A stretch of 64,000 bases of DNA from Halobacteriales archaeon QH_7_69_31. Its GTDB lineage: Archaea > Halobacteriota > Halobacteria > Halobacteriales > Haloarculaceae. The notes under the pieces were generated by a model. It saw only the letters and a program-made list of their open reading frames with translations. It was not told where the DNA came from and did no database searches. The DNA lies in assembly GCA_003021745.1 (NCBI GenBank), contig PXQY01000072.1, positions 2,150 to 66,149 on the forward strand, read 5' to 3'. Shown one piece after another: positions 1-10,873 of the stretch; the stretch's first letter is position 1, and every line of letters begins with the position of its first letter. The translations under genes were made by a program, and so were the position numbers.

Positions 1-672
1 CTTCGAGATGCGGGCGACGTGGTGGTTGTACACGACCGGGTTCATGAGGCCGCGGGCCAAGAGCAGCGATTCGGCGGTCTGGACGTTGCCCTCGGCGAGG
101 ACGAGGTCGCCGTCGACGAACCGGAGCGCCCGGACGAACCGGCCGGTGTCGATGGTGCCGTAGGGGACGCCGGTGTGGTGGGCGTCCCGGACGAGGTAGT
201 CCATCCGGTCGACGTCGAGTTCGCCGGCGACGAGCTGGCCGAGTTCCCCCTCGCCGGCGACGAGTCCCGCCACCCGGCCCGGATCGATGTCGTGGAGGGC
301 GAGCACCCGCGCGACCTCGCCGGACTCGAGGATGTCATCGATCTCGTCGTGCATCCGGCCGGTCCGCCGGGCGACCAGCGCCTCCAAGTTGTGGCTGAAC
401 GGGCTGTGGCCGACGTCGTGGAGCACGGCGGCCGCGCGGACGCGCTCGGCCTGCCGGCCCCCGATGCCGAGCTGGTCCAGCGCGCGCGTCGCGAGGTGGT
501 ACACGCCGAGGGAGTGCTCGAACCGCGTGTGGTTCGCACTCGGGTAGACGAGCTCCGCGGTCCCGAGCTGCCTGACGCGTCGGAGCCGCTGGACCGGCGG
601 CGTGTCCAGGAGGTCCTCGGCGACCCCCTCGACCGCGATGTGGTCGTGCACGCTGTCCTTGATGGTGGTCAT
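1..672 (-). CDS. HD-domain phosphohydrolase (SAMHD1/dGTPase-like), runs off the window start
   Basis: Not in ORF track; manual translation from ATG at 672 gives MTTIKDSVHDHI...QRLRRVRQLG...YPSANHTRFEHSLGVYHLA...LLHDVGHSPFSH, the typical HD dNTPase motifs. Confidence 0.88.
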   Translation of the reverse strand, partial: MTTIKDSVHDHIAVEGVAEDLLDTPPVQRLRRVRQLGTAELVYPSANHTRFEHSLGVYHLATRALDQLGIGGRQAERVRAAAVLHDVGHSPFSHNLEALVARRTGRMHDEIDDILESGEVARVLALHDIDPGRVAGLVAGEGELGQLVAGELDVDRMDYLVRDAHHTGVPYGTIDTGRFVRALRFVDGDLVLAEGNVQTAESLLLARGLMNPVVYNHHVARISK

Positions 673-855
673 TGCGGCCGCGTTCGGCGGCCTCGTACAA
701 AAACCGTGGTTCGGCCCGGGCGGTGGGGCGAGCGATAGGGTAGTGAGGGGTAGGGCGGTGATGGGGTCGTTCGGGCGGGGAGCCCCAGAGGGCGTCGGTG
801 TCGGAGGTGATTCTCGTCTCGCTCGCGCCCGCCGTCGGTCGGCGAGCACGGTCAC

Positions 856-2070
856 TCAGAACGTCGGCAGGTTCTCCAACTCGTCGGCGTGTGCGTCGGC
901 GTCCTCGAAGGCGTCCCGGGCGATGACGCGCTGGTGGACCTCGTCGGCGCCGTCGACGATGCGGAACGCTCGGACGGCCTCGTAGAAGTCCGCGAGCGGG
1001 AGGTCCCGGGAGATGCCGGCGCCGCCACAGCACTGGACGGCGAGGTCGATGGCTTCCTGAGCGACGTTCGCCGTGAACACCTTCGACATGGAGACCGGCA
1101 CGCGGGCCTGTTGGCCGCGGGCGATCTCCTCGGCGGCGTGTCTGACCATCGTCCGTGCGGCGTGCAGCCGGGTCTCCATGTCGGCGACGTCGTAGCGGAG
1201 CGACTGCTTCTCGTCGAGCGTCGAGCCGAAGGCCTCCCGCTCGGTCATGTAGGCCTTCGCGATGGTGAGCGCGCGCCGCGACATCCCCGAAAAGCGCATA
1301 CAATGTGTCAGGCGGGCGGGGCCGAGCCGTTTCTGGGCGATGGCGAAGCCCGCGTTCTCCTGGCCGAGCAGGTTCTCCCGGGGGACGCGGACGCCGTCGA
1401 ACCGGAACTCGGCGTGGCCGTGGCCGTCCAGGTCGGGCCCGAGATGGGGGATGTCCCGGACCAGCTCGACGCCGTCGGCGTCGGTCGGCACGAGGATGAT
1501 GGAGGCGCCCTGGTATGGGTGGGCCTCCGGGTCTGTGAGCGCCATCAGTAGGATGACGTCGGCGTGGCTCCCCTGGGTGGTCCACCACTTGTGGCCGTCG
1601 ATGACCCACTCGTCGCCGTCCGCCTCGGCGGTGGTCGCGAGCATCTTCGGGTCCGACCCCGCCCCGCGTCCGGGCTCGGTCATGCCGAACGCCGACCTGA
1701 TCTCGCCGGCCACGAGCGGCTCCAGCCACTCCGTCTTCTGTATCTCGGTGCCGACGAGTTCGAGGGTGTGCATGTTGCCCTCGTCGGGGGCGTCGACTCG
1801 CATCGCGGCGGCGCCGAGCAGCGACCGGCCGGCCTCTTCGAACAGCGGCAACACGTCGCGGAGGTCGTGGCCCATCCCGCCGTGGGCCTCGTCGATCTGC
1901 GGACAGTAGACGTCGCGCTCGCGGGCCTCGGCGCGGAGGTCGGCGACGACGTCCTCGCCGACAGGGCCGCCGCCGAGGTGCTCGCGCTCGGTCGGGATGA
2001 CGACCTCGTCGACGAACGCGCGGGCCCGCTCGGCGAGGGTCGTGGCCGTCCGGGAATCGTGATACTCCAT
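856..2070 (-). CDS. Acyl-CoA dehydrogenase
   Basis: APDEGNM, FGMTEP..GSD, GHKWW, RLGPARLTHCMR, RIVDGADEVH motifs. Confidence 0.93.
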   Translation of the reverse strand: MEYHDSRTATTLAERARAFVDEVVIPTEREHLGGGPVGEDVVADLRAEARERDVYCPQIDEAHGGMGHDLRDVLPLFEEAGRSLLGAAAMRVDAPDEGNMHTLELVGTEIQKTEWLEPLVAGEIRSAFGMTEPGRGAGSDPKMLATTAEADGDEWVIDGHKWWTTQGSHADVILLMALTDPEAHPYQGASIILVPTDADGVELVRDIPHLGPDLDGHGHAEFRFDGVRVPRENLLGQENAGFAIAQKRLGPARLTHCMRFSGMSRRALTIAKAYMTEREAFGSTLDEKQSLRYDVADMETRLHAARTMVRHAAEEIARGQQARVPVSMSKVFTANVAQEAIDLAVQCCGGAGISRDLPLADFYEAVRAFRIVDGADEVHQRVIARDAFEDADAHADELENLPTF

Positions 2071-2181
2071 ACGGGTCGTAGCGGGGTCAACATTGTAAAA
2101 GGCCCGACGCGGGCCCCTCGGCGGCGGTTTTTTACGCGTGGCACGAGCACCGTTCGCTTACAATGTTAGTGCCCGAGGCGG

Positions 2182-3273
2182 GTGGTGGCCGTGACGGACG
2201 CTGACGCCGAGTACTTCCGCCGGATCGTCGACGAGGAGTCGCTGCGGACGTACCTCGCCGCGGAACTCGGCCCCGCCGATCGGTTCGAGGTCACCCACCA
2301 CCAGGAGGGCCACTCCAACGAGACCCTGTTCGTCACCTGGGGCGATCGCGAGCTCGTCGTCCGCCGGCCGCCGCCGGGCGAGACCGCCGAGCGCGCCCAC
2401 GACGTCCTCCGGGAGTACCGGGTCATCGACGCCCTCCAGGACACGGACGTCCGCGTCCCGACCACCGTGCTGGCCTGTGACGACCACGACGTCATCGGCA
2501 GCGACTTCTACGCGATGGAGCGGGAGGCGGGCGACGTCCTCCGCGAGGGCGAACCCGAGCGGTTCGCGACCCCCGAGGCCCGGGAACGCATCGGCCACGA
2601 ATTGGTCGACCGCCTCGTCGAGATCCACCGGGTCGACTACGACGCGGTCGGCCTCGAGCACGGCGACTTCGGCTACCCGCCCGAGTTCACCCGGCGGCAG
2701 GTCCGCCGGTGGTCCGAACAGCTCACCTGGGCCTTCGAGGTCACCGCCGACGAGCGGGAAATCGAGGCCCTCTACGACGTGATGAGCTGGCTGTACGACA
2801 ACGTCCCCGAGGACGACGCCTACCCCTCGACGCTGGTCCACGGCGACTACAAGCTCGACAACGTCATGTTCGCCCCCGGCGGGGACCCCGAGGTCGCCGC
2901 CATCTTCGACTGGGAGATGTCGACGCTCGGCGACCCCTTCACCGACCTCGGCTGGATGCTCTCCTACTGGCGGGAGCCGACGGACCCCGAGCCCCCGACC
3001 CCCACGCTCGCCTCGACGTACATGGAACGGGAGGGCTACCCGACCCGACGGGACCTCGTCGAGCGCTACGAACGCAAGACCGGCTTCGAGTTCGACGACC
3101 CGACGTTCTACTGGGTGCTCGCCGTCTACAAGCTCGCCGGCCTCGGCGAGATGTTCTTCCGCCGGTACCTCGAGGGCAACTCCGACGATCCGATGTATCC
3201 CAAGATGCGCGAGGCCGTCCCGGCGCTGGCCGAGCAGGCGGAGATGATCATCGACGGCGAGATGACACTTTGA
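2182..3273 (+). CDS. APH-family phosphotransferase (ACAD10/11-associated type)
   Basis: GHSNET, AHDVLREY, LVHGDYKLDN, DWEMSTLGDP; divergent from the acyl-CoA dehydrogenase. Confidence 0.9.
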   Translation: MVAVTDADAEYFRRIVDEESLRTYLAAELGPADRFEVTHHQEGHSNETLFVTWGDRELVVRRPPPGETAERAHDVLREYRVIDALQDTDVRVPTTVLACDDHDVIGSDFYAMEREAGDVLREGEPERFATPEARERIGHELVDRLVEIHRVDYDAVGLEHGDFGYPPEFTRRQVRRWSEQLTWAFEVTADEREIEALYDVMSWLYDNVPEDDAYPSTLVHGDYKLDNVMFAPGGDPEVAAIFDWEMSTLGDPFTDLGWMLSYWREPTDPEPPTPTLASTYMEREGYPTRRDLVERYERKTGFEFDDPTFYWVLAVYKLAGLGEMFFRRYLEGNSDDPMYPKMREAVPALAEQAEMIIDGEMTL

Positions 3274-3662
3274 TACACCAGTTCTGACCTCGAACACGCA
3301 CGGGAACGGCCCCGACCAGCGTCACGACAGCTTCTCCGTGACAGCAACGAGCTGCTCTTCGGTCTGCCAGCGATAGGACTGTCCTTCCTGCTCGAACAGT
3401 TCGTAAACGCCGTCGTGCATCCAGCCCAAGGAAGGCTCTTCGTCCCCGTACTCCCGTTCGAGGACGTGATTCGTCACGAAGTACCCCGGTCGTGCCGACA
3501 AGCAGGCCCTGTTCGACGAATGACTGCAGCACGGAACTGTTATTTCTTTCGCGGTGAGGCAAACGTCAATGAAGGCAGCCGACTCGACGGCAATGGCTGG
3601 ATTACCATCAATAATCGACCATCACCTAGGCCTCTCGACATCGAGATGACACTGGCAATCGT

Positions 3663-4178
3663 TCACGCGGAAGAACTGGCCGAAACATATCCCAGAGGTA
3701 ATCCAAATACGACGTACGATAAGACATAATAACCAACATGAACCGCGAACGGCTTACCGAAGAGTACGACGGTTATCACTCCTGCGGTTACGGCTATGGC
3801 AAGACCGATCAGACCATACTGGCGGTTTCGTTGTTTGATGGCGCCCCCGATGAGGACTGCTGTCCCGGCGAGAACTGCGCCTGTGAATATAGGCAACGTC
3901 AGACTTGTGACGGATTCCGACAGTCCCCTAAGACTCACGAGAGCGAGCAGTTGGATGACGACGGCGGCTACAGGGAAGCCGATCGTGGATCGATGGTTCA
4001 CCTTCCATCGAGCACCACTGACTAACCAGACCAACCACGTGAGCAGGGCAAGGCCCACGAGCACGACGGCCGGATACACTGGAAGGTCTAACGGAACACG
4101 AGTTACGTGAACGTTTTGCGTCCGTGTGGGCGTCTGTTGGAGAACGAACCCCATCACGCTGTCTAGATATACATACAT
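3663..4178 (-). CDS. Hypothetical multi-pass membrane protein in a lower-GC patch
   Basis: 171-aa ORF with about 5 hydrophobic segments; AT-richer than flanks. Confidence 0.55.
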   Translation of the reverse strand: MYVYLDSVMGFVLQQTPTRTQNVHVTRVPLDLPVYPAVVLVGLALLTWLVWLVSGARWKVNHRSTIGFPVAAVVIQLLALVSLRGLSESVTSLTLPIFTGAVLAGTAVLIGGAIKQRNRQYGLIGLAIAVTAGVITVVLFGKPFAVHVGYYVLSYVVFGLPLGYVSASSSA

Positions 4179-4369
4179 TTCTATCCTGTCATACGGTATC
4201 GTTGAACACTAAATATCCAATATCTTCCTGTGCATGATTTGTTTCATCGTCAGCACGCTGTCCCTTTACAATACGAAAGAGTTCGAAGGGGAATACATTA
4301 TGCCATGTTCACAGGTACCACTATCAATGAAGCTTCGGATATATGCCGCCAGGACGTATAGCCTGTCGT

Positions 4370-4780
4370 ATGAGCACAGACCTGGGGACTGCTGAAGGGA
4401 TGGAGTCCCCCGAACTCGTCCACTTCGTGACCCAGCAGACCCGGTTCGCGCTGGTCACCATCCTCCAGCATCCCGACCAGCTCCCCTCGATGTACGAACT
4501 CCAGGAACTCAACCCGAGCGTGAGCGAGGCCACCGTCTACAAGCACATCCAGAAACTCGTCGACGCTGGCATCCTCAAGGAGGTCGCCCTAGACGACGAC
4601 CAGCGCCGACAGGGCTACCCCTGGAAGTTCTACGGGCTCACGGAGGCGGGCCGCGAGTTTTTCGAAGACCACAACCTGCTCGCCGCCGAGGAGACGCTCC
4701 AGCGGATCTACGAGACCATCTCCGACAAACCCGAAAAGATGGTCGAATACGAGAACGCCCCCCGCCCTGACGACGGTTAG
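4370..4780 (+). CDS. Winged-helix transcriptional regulator (ArsR/MarR-like)
   Basis: SEATVYKHIQKLVDAGIL...KFYGLTEAG wHTH pattern. Confidence 0.8.
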   Translation: MSTDLGTAEGMESPELVHFVTQQTRFALVTILQHPDQLPSMYELQELNPSVSEATVYKHIQKLVDAGILKEVALDDDQRRQGYPWKFYGLTEAGREFFEDHNLLAAEETLQRIYETISDKPEKMVEYENAPRPDDG

Positions 4781-4850
4781 CGGCACGCTCAATCCGTCCA
4801 CGCCTGCCGCTCCCTGAACCCTTTTCCACGCCCTCGGTGTAACCCCAGCC

Positions 4851-5561
4851 ATGGCGCTCGACGACATCGACCTCGAGTTCGTCCCGCTCAGCGAAACCGG
4901 CCTCCGGACGATCGTAGAGCGGCTCGGGACGGACTACGTCGACGTCCTCTACTTGCACCGCTGGGACGACGAGACGCCGACCAGAGAGACCATGCGGACG
5001 CTGTCGGGACTCGTCGACGACGGGCGGGTCCACTACCTCGGCGCCTCGACGCTCCGGCCGAACGCCTGGAAGGTCGCCCGGGCCAACGAACTCGCATGCC
5101 GGGAGGGCTGGGAGCCGTTCACCGTGACCCAGCCCCGGTACAACCTGGTCGACCGCGAGATCGAGGGCGACTACCTCGAGGCCTGTCGCGCGTACGGCCT
5201 CGCCGTCTGTCCGTGGAGCCCGCTCGGTCAGGGGTTTTTGACCGGCAAGTACGACCGCGAGTCGAGTCTGACCGGCGAGTCGCTGGCCGCCGAATCCGGC
5301 CGGTTCGAGGACGCCTATCTCACCGAGACGAACTTCGACGTCCACGATGAACTCGACGTCGTCGCCCGAGAGGTGGACGCGACGCCCGCCCAAGTCGCGC
5401 TGGCGTGGCTGTCGGCCCGAGACGGCGTCACCGCGCCCATCGTCGGAGCCCGCACCACAGAGCAGCTCGAGGAGAACCTCGCCGCCGCCGAACTCGACAT
5501 CGCCGACGACCAGCTCCGGCGGCTCACGGAGGCGAAGCCCGGCCCCTACGCCGGGCTCTGA
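4851..5561 (+). pseudogene. Aldo/keto reductase with a large in-frame internal deletion
   Basis: N-terminus (..PLSETGLRT) joins directly to ERLGTDYVDVLYLHRWD; the segment with the DTA.Y and catalytic Lys motifs (present in the paralog at 35277) is missing. Confidence 0.75.
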
Positions 5562-5699
5562 GGGCCTGGCCGACGCGGCACCGTTCGGATTAGAATGCCG
5601 TTCGTCAGACATATCGACTCACCGGGCTCAAGGCCTCAGTCGACCCCTCGGAGAACCATACCGGGCGGGACTCCGCAAGGGGCCGGCTTCTCGGGGAAG

Positions 5700-5850
5700 G
5701 CCAGCGACGATGAGCCGAGCGACGCGAGGCGAACGTCGCAGGACGAGCGGCGCGAGTCCAGCGGAACAAGCACTGGAGCGAACAACGTGAGCGAAGCGCG
5801 CAGCGAGCGGGCGGCCCGACCGCAGGGAGGGCCGCCGGACGGGCGAACGG
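5700..5850. repeat. Intergenic GA-rich hairpin repeat cluster
   Basis: GCGGCCC-GA-CC-GCA-GG-GA-GGGCCGC at 5811-5835 and GAGCGAAGCG; same pattern as 39.4-39.8 kb. Confidence 0.65.
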
Positions 5851-5987
5851 TGAACGCATTGAACCGTGAGCCGCCCGACCCGAGAAGCCGGGGGCTTGCG
5901 TCCCCCGGAATATTACTCAAGGCATAAACAGTACACTGCCGCCGACGGGGACCAAAGCTATTCCACCCTGCGGGCCGCCGGAGGTGT

Positions 5988-7004
5988 ATGCGCGTCGCGG
6001 CGTTCACCGACTTCGGCGACGGCGACGAGGTGGCGATCCAGGACCGACCCGACCCGGAGCCAGGCCCCGGCGAGGCCGTCGTCGACGTCGAGGCCTGCTC
6101 CATCAACCGCCACGACCTGTGGATCTTGCAGGGTGACTCCGCGCTCGTTCCGAAGGGGGCGCTCCCGTTCGTCTCGGGGCTGGACGCAGCCGGCGTCGTC
6201 CGGACGGCGGACGACGGCGCGGCCGTCGACCCCGGCGACCGGGTGCTTCTCTGCCCCAACGAGACCTGCGGCTCGTGTGCGTACTGCCGGGAGGGCCCCG
6301 AGACCCTCTGCGAGCAGTTCATGCTGTACCACGGCGCCCTCGCCGAGCGGGCGCTCGTCGAGGCCGACCGGCTCGTCGCGCTGCCGGACGAGGTGGGCTT
6401 TTCCGAGGCGGCGGCGCTGCCGACGGCCTACCTCACCGCCTGGCGGATGCTCGAGGTGGCCGACGTCGGGCCGACGGACCTCGTGTTCGTCCCCGGCGCG
6501 ACGGGCGGCGTCGGGGTCGCCGCCGCCCAGCTCGCGGACGTCCTGGGCGCCGACGCCATCGGCACCTCGAGTTCGGCCCGGAAGCTGGACCGGCTCGGTG
6601 ACCTCGGGTGTGCCCACACTGTCCAGGGCACCGACCCCGACGAACTCGTCACCGCGGTCCGCCGGATCGGCCGGCCGGACGCCGTCATCAACCACCTCGG
6701 TGGCCCGTATACCCAGGCCGGCCTCGAGGTCATGCGCCGCGGCGGCACGATGGTCATCTGTGGCCGTACCGCCGCCCCGACCTCCGAGTTCGACCTGGCC
6801 CCGTTTTTCCTCCGACACGAATCGATCGTCGGCTCCACGATGGGCACCCAGCCGGAACTCGAGACCCTGGTCGACCTCCTGGCCGATGGCGCGTTCGACC
6901 CGCCGGTCGGCGACACCTACCCGCTTACCGCCACCGGCGACGCCTTCGACGACATGCTGCGACGCGACGCCTTCGGGAAGCTCGTCGTCGAGCCGTCGGC
7001 CTGA
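5988..7004 (+). CDS. Zn-binding alcohol dehydrogenase / quinone oxidoreductase (MDR family)
   Basis: CSINRHD, CGSCAYCREGPETLC Zn motif, GATGGVG. Confidence 0.9.
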   Translation: MRVAAFTDFGDGDEVAIQDRPDPEPGPGEAVVDVEACSINRHDLWILQGDSALVPKGALPFVSGLDAAGVVRTADDGAAVDPGDRVLLCPNETCGSCAYCREGPETLCEQFMLYHGALAERALVEADRLVALPDEVGFSEAAALPTAYLTAWRMLEVADVGPTDLVFVPGATGGVGVAAAQLADVLGADAIGTSSSARKLDRLGDLGCAHTVQGTDPDELVTAVRRIGRPDAVINHLGGPYTQAGLEVMRRGGTMVICGRTAAPTSEFDLAPFFLRHESIVGSTMGTQPELETLVDLLADGAFDPPVGDTYPLTATGDAFDDMLRRDAFGKLVVEPSA

Positions 7005-7222
7005 CCTCCCGACCGGCGAGGCCGGCGGCCTCGAACCGACGTCCTCACCCACGACCGACGAGGCCACCACCATAGAGCCCCGGACTGACCCCCCGTCCGA
7101 CCGATACAACAGCTTCAGGCCGGCCGCCATCCGCGCGGTGGCCGTCCAGGCCCCGTCGGCCGGCTCGACAAACGAGGTTGGCACCGCCGCCTTATTTGTC
7201 GGTCCGGTCCCTCGCGGGCGGC

Positions 7223-8857
7223 ATGGAGGTCCCGGCGGTCGGCTGGCGGGTCGCGCTACTGGTCGCCGTGCTGGCGTCGCTCGCCGCCGTGGTCGCCGTC
7301 GCCCGGCCGGCCGGCCGCTGGGGGACGGCCGCCCGCCGCCGCCTCCTCGCGGGCCTGCCGTGGGGCACTCTGCTCGTCGCAGGCGGCGTCACCGCCTTTT
7401 TCCTCGTTGTCCAGCGCGGCCTCGCCCACCCGTACGACCCCCTGGTCATCCCGTTCCGGGCGTGGGGCTACCGCTACCCGACCGGGATGGTCACCGCCCC
7501 GTTCGCCCACAGCGGCCTCGGCCACCTCGTCGGCAACGTCGTAGGCACGCTCGTGTTCGGCACCATCGCGGAGTACGGCTGGAGCCACTTCCCCCGGGAG
7601 CGCGGCAGCGCCGCCTTCGGCTCGCTCCGGACGAATCCCTTCGCCCGCGTCCTGGCCTTTGCGGCCGCCGTCGCGGCGGTCGGGGTCCTGACCGGGCTGT
7701 TCGCCCTGGGCCCGGTCGTCGGCTTCTCCGGCGTGGTCTTCGCCCTCATCGGGTTCGCCGTGGTCCGGTACCCGCTCGTGGCCGTGGTCGCGCTCGTCGG
7801 GTCCGGCGTCGTCCGCCTGCTCTACCGGGCGGTCCGCCGGCCCGAGGTCGCCCGGACGGCCGGCGAGTCGTTCTCGACGCCCTGGTGGGCCGACGTCGCC
7901 GTCCAGGGCCACGCCCTCGGACTCCTCGTGGGCGTCGTCGCCGCCCTGGCGCTTCTGTACCGCCGCGGCATCCGGCCCGACCCCGCCCGCGTCTGGCTGG
8001 CCGCGCTGTTCGTCGCCGTCGACCGCGGCCTCTGGGCGGTCTACACCATCGAGGGCTCGGACCAATACCGGCTGTTCCGGGCGTTCGGCACCGCCTCGGT
8101 CTTCCTCGTCGCCGCCGTCATCGCCGTCGGGGCCGCCGCCTCCGACCGCGATTTCATCGCCAGCCTCGGGCTGACGCGCCGGGAGGCCGCCGTCGGCCTG
8201 CTCCTGTCGGTCCTGTTCGCGGTCGCGCTCGTCGCCGTGCCGTTCAACCTCCTCGTGATCGACGGCCCCGCGGCCGGCGCCGACTCGGCCGAGACCGTCG
8301 AGGTGCGGGACTACACCGTCCGCTACGCCGAGGACGTCGACAACCGGTACGTCCCGGCGGTCCCGATCCCCGGCCGGAACGGCTCGACCGACGGCGTCCC
8401 GGCCAGCGGCGTCGTCGTCGTCTCCGAGGAGCGCAACGTCTGGTGGGAGGTGGTCTCGTCGGGCCGGCTGGCGGCCCGGGGGAACGTCACCGTCCGGCTG
8501 GGCGGCGTCACCTGGAGCGAGCACGTCCACGCGTCGCGGCGCGGCTGGCAGCTGGCCGGTGGACCCGCCGTCTACCACGTGCGGCTCGCCCCAGCCGGCT
8601 CGCCCGGGACCGTGGCCTACCGGAGCGACAACGCGACGGTCGGGCCCCGCATCGACGGCCGCAACGTCACGATCGACCCGGCCGGCGAGCGGTTCGCGGC
8701 CGTCGTGACCCGGGACAACGAGACGCTCGGCCGGACCCCCCTCCCGGCGGCGGGCAACCGGACGGCCGCCGGCGGCCTGACGTTCCACCGCGACGGCCGG
8801 GACCTCTACGTCGAGCGCGACGGGACGAGGGTCCGCATCGCGGCCCGCGCGGGATGA
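7223..8857 (+). CDS. Rhomboid-family intramembrane serine protease with C-terminal extension
   Basis: FAHSGLGHLVGN, GFSG catalytic motif, QGHALG; many TM segments. Confidence 0.85.
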   Translation: MEVPAVGWRVALLVAVLASLAAVVAVARPAGRWGTAARRRLLAGLPWGTLLVAGGVTAFFLVVQRGLAHPYDPLVIPFRAWGYRYPTGMVTAPFAHSGLGHLVGNVVGTLVFGTIAEYGWSHFPRERGSAAFGSLRTNPFARVLAFAAAVAAVGVLTGLFALGPVVGFSGVVFALIGFAVVRYPLVAVVALVGSGVVRLLYRAVRRPEVARTAGESFSTPWWADVAVQGHALGLLVGVVAALALLYRRGIRPDPARVWLAALFVAVDRGLWAVYTIEGSDQYRLFRAFGTASVFLVAAVIAVGAAASDRDFIASLGLTRREAAVGLLLSVLFAVALVAVPFNLLVIDGPAAGADSAETVEVRDYTVRYAEDVDNRYVPAVPIPGRNGSTDGVPASGVVVVSEERNVWWEVVSSGRLAARGNVTVRLGGVTWSEHVHASRRGWQLAGGPAVYHVRLAPAGSPGTVAYRSDNATVGPRIDGRNVTIDPAGERFAAVVTRDNETLGRTPLPAAGNRTAAGGLTFHRDGRDLYVERDGTRVRIAARAG

Positions 8858-8905
8858 GCCTACTATGTGACACCGGGACGTCCCGCCTCTTCCGGCCGGC
8901 GCCAG

Positions 8906-9526
8906 TCAGTCCCAGCGGATCCGGAACACCTCGGCGTCGATGGTGCGGGTGGCCTCCGTGTGGTGGTCGAACTGCCGCGGCAGCTCGAACGCGCCGGCGA
9001 ACGCGTGGGTGACCTCGCCCCCGTTGTCGGCCGCGAACGCCTCCACGAATTCGCGGCTGTCCTCGTTATGCACGGAGTAGGAGACGGCGGCGACGTCGGC
9101 GGCGGTCGCGAGGAACGCACGGTCGGCGCCCTCGGTGCCAACCTGCGCGCCGAACGGGGGGTTCATCAGCACCGTCGCGGTGCCGTCGGCGACGGGCGGG
9201 CTGGTGGCGTCCGCGCGGACCCACCCGACGGGCGCCATCGCCCCCACGCGGCGCTCGTTCTCGACGGCCGTCGACAGCGGCGCCGGGTCGACGTCGACGC
9301 CGATGACGCGGTCGGGGCCGCGGAGGGCGGCACCGAGCGCGAGCATCCCCGTCCCACACCCCAGATCCAGGACGGTGCGGTCGGCGACGTCGCCCTGGAG
9401 GTCCGCGAGGTGGACGATGTGGGCGGCCAGCTCCGGTGGGGTGTGGTACTGCTCCAGCGGCGCTCGCGGCGCCTCGAACCCGGCGACGACCGCCAGCTCC
9501 TGGGCGAGCCGCCGTCGCGTCGCCAT
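8906..9526 (-). CDS. METTL5-family SAM-dependent methyltransferase
   Basis: LEQYHTP, VLDLGCGTG, NPPFG motifs. Confidence 0.9.
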   Translation of the reverse strand: MATRRRLAQELAVVAGFEAPRAPLEQYHTPPELAAHIVHLADLQGDVADRTVLDLGCGTGMLALGAALRGPDRVIGVDVDPAPLSTAVENERRVGAMAPVGWVRADATSPPVADGTATVLMNPPFGAQVGTEGADRAFLATAADVAAVSYSVHNEDSREFVEAFAADNGGEVTHAFAGAFELPRQFDHHTEATRTIDAEVFRIRWD

Positions 9527-9577
9527 CGGGGCTCAATACACGACAATCATTTATATAGATTTTTATATGCCCATCAG

Positions 9578-10747
9578 TTATCCACCGGTGCCGGGATCGA
9601 GCGCGGCCGCCAGCCGCTGGCCGCGCTCGAGCGACCTGTCGACGTACGCGCCGGCGGCGACGTACATGAAGTGGGCCGTGGCGACCGGGTCGGTGCCCCG
9701 GTCCGGCTCGAGCCGGTCGCCGTAGGTCACCATGTCCTCGGCGAGTTGCCCGAGGTGTCGCGGCAGCGGGGCGGCCTCCGCGAGCGCCCTCACGCGGTCG
9801 ACGGCGGCCCGCTTTTCGGGCATCAGTCGTTCGGTCGGGAAGCCCTCCTCGGCGTCGAGCCGGGCGAACGTGGCCGCCGCGGCGGCGTCGAACGCCTCGA
9901 GCTGTCCCCGGATCCGGACCGCGTCCAGGAGGAGCTCCAACCGTCGGGCGGTCTCGGGGTCGGTCGGGTCCGCGGCGGCCAGCACCGCCGACCGTCGGGA
10001 GCGCACGGTCGAGAGGACGGTCCGGACCCGTGACGGCGGGGCCCGCCCGTTCGGCCGACGGGGAGCCTCCAGCGACGCGAGCGCCTCGATGTGACGGCCG
10101 GTCCGCTCCGAGACGGCATCGTCGCGGGGCGGCGCCGACGGGTCGAAGGCCGTCCCGATGTAGCCGGCGGCGTTCGTCGTCTCGAGCCGGAGCGATTCGA
10201 CGGACCGCCAGATGTCGGCGGCTTCCGGGGGAGTCGGCTCGGCCAGTTCGGCGGTCGCCCGCCGGGCGGCCTGCCGGGTGTCTCCGGCCCGCTCCAGCAC
10301 CGCCTCACCGACCGCAGCGGTCGGGAGGAGTTGGACGGCCGGCGACGCCAGGAACGCGCGCGCGACCCGTCGGAACCGCCGCCGGGTCGGCTCGGTTCCG
10401 TAGGCCCGGAGGTGCGACCGGCACGTCTCGAACGGCGCCGCCGAGTCCTCGAGGGACTCGACGTCGGCGAGGGCGACGTCGTCAGCCGCCGCCAGGGCAG
10501 CCTCCGCCGCCCGGATCCCCTCGTCGACGTGACCGACGACGGCCCGACGGTGGGCCGCCGAGACGACCGGCGCCGGTGGCACCGACGGGACGGGGACCGA
10601 CTCGACGGCGGACAGGACGTCGCCGGCGGACCGGGGCACCTCGACCGGCGTCACCGTGGCCGTCCGGTCCGGCTCGTCGGTGCCGCTGCAGCCGGAAAGG
10701 AGCGCCGCCCCGGCAGCGGCGACGAACCGACGGCGACTCGTGGGCAT
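9578..10747 (-). CDS. Tat-exported lipoprotein, unknown function
   Basis: MPTSRRRFVAAAGAALLSGC twin-arginine plus lipobox. Confidence 0.7.
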   Translation of the reverse strand: MPTSRRRFVAAAGAALLSGCSGTDEPDRTATVTPVEVPRSAGDVLSAVESVPVPSVPPAPVVSAAHRRAVVGHVDEGIRAAEAALAAADDVALADVESLEDSAAPFETCRSHLRAYGTEPTRRRFRRVARAFLASPAVQLLPTAAVGEAVLERAGDTRQAARRATAELAEPTPPEAADIWRSVESLRLETTNAAGYIGTAFDPSAPPRDDAVSERTGRHIEALASLEAPRRPNGRAPPSRVRTVLSTVRSRRSAVLAAADPTDPETARRLELLLDAVRIRGQLEAFDAAAAATFARLDAEEGFPTERLMPEKRAAVDRVRALAEAAPLPRHLGQLAEDMVTYGDRLEPDRGTDPVATAHFMYVAAGAYVDRSLERGQRLAAALDPGTGG

Positions 10748-10873
10748 CACTACCACTCCTATCGGTCGTGTCCGAAAACCTCTTCCGGTGGGGCCGGGGG
10801 CCTGGGGACGCCGGAGGCACGACCAGACGCCGCCTGTCGCCAGTGGCGCCCGACGCACCTGTGAGGTGTCGAC

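Noticed and set aside
5866-9012. 1048-aa ORF and many other long Arg/Pro/Gly-rich ORFs (e.g. 15085-17496, 44789-46651, 58063-60051)
   Set aside because: Shadow frames of recognisable genes in high-GC DNA; composition is unlike acidic haloarchaeal proteins and they carry no motifs.
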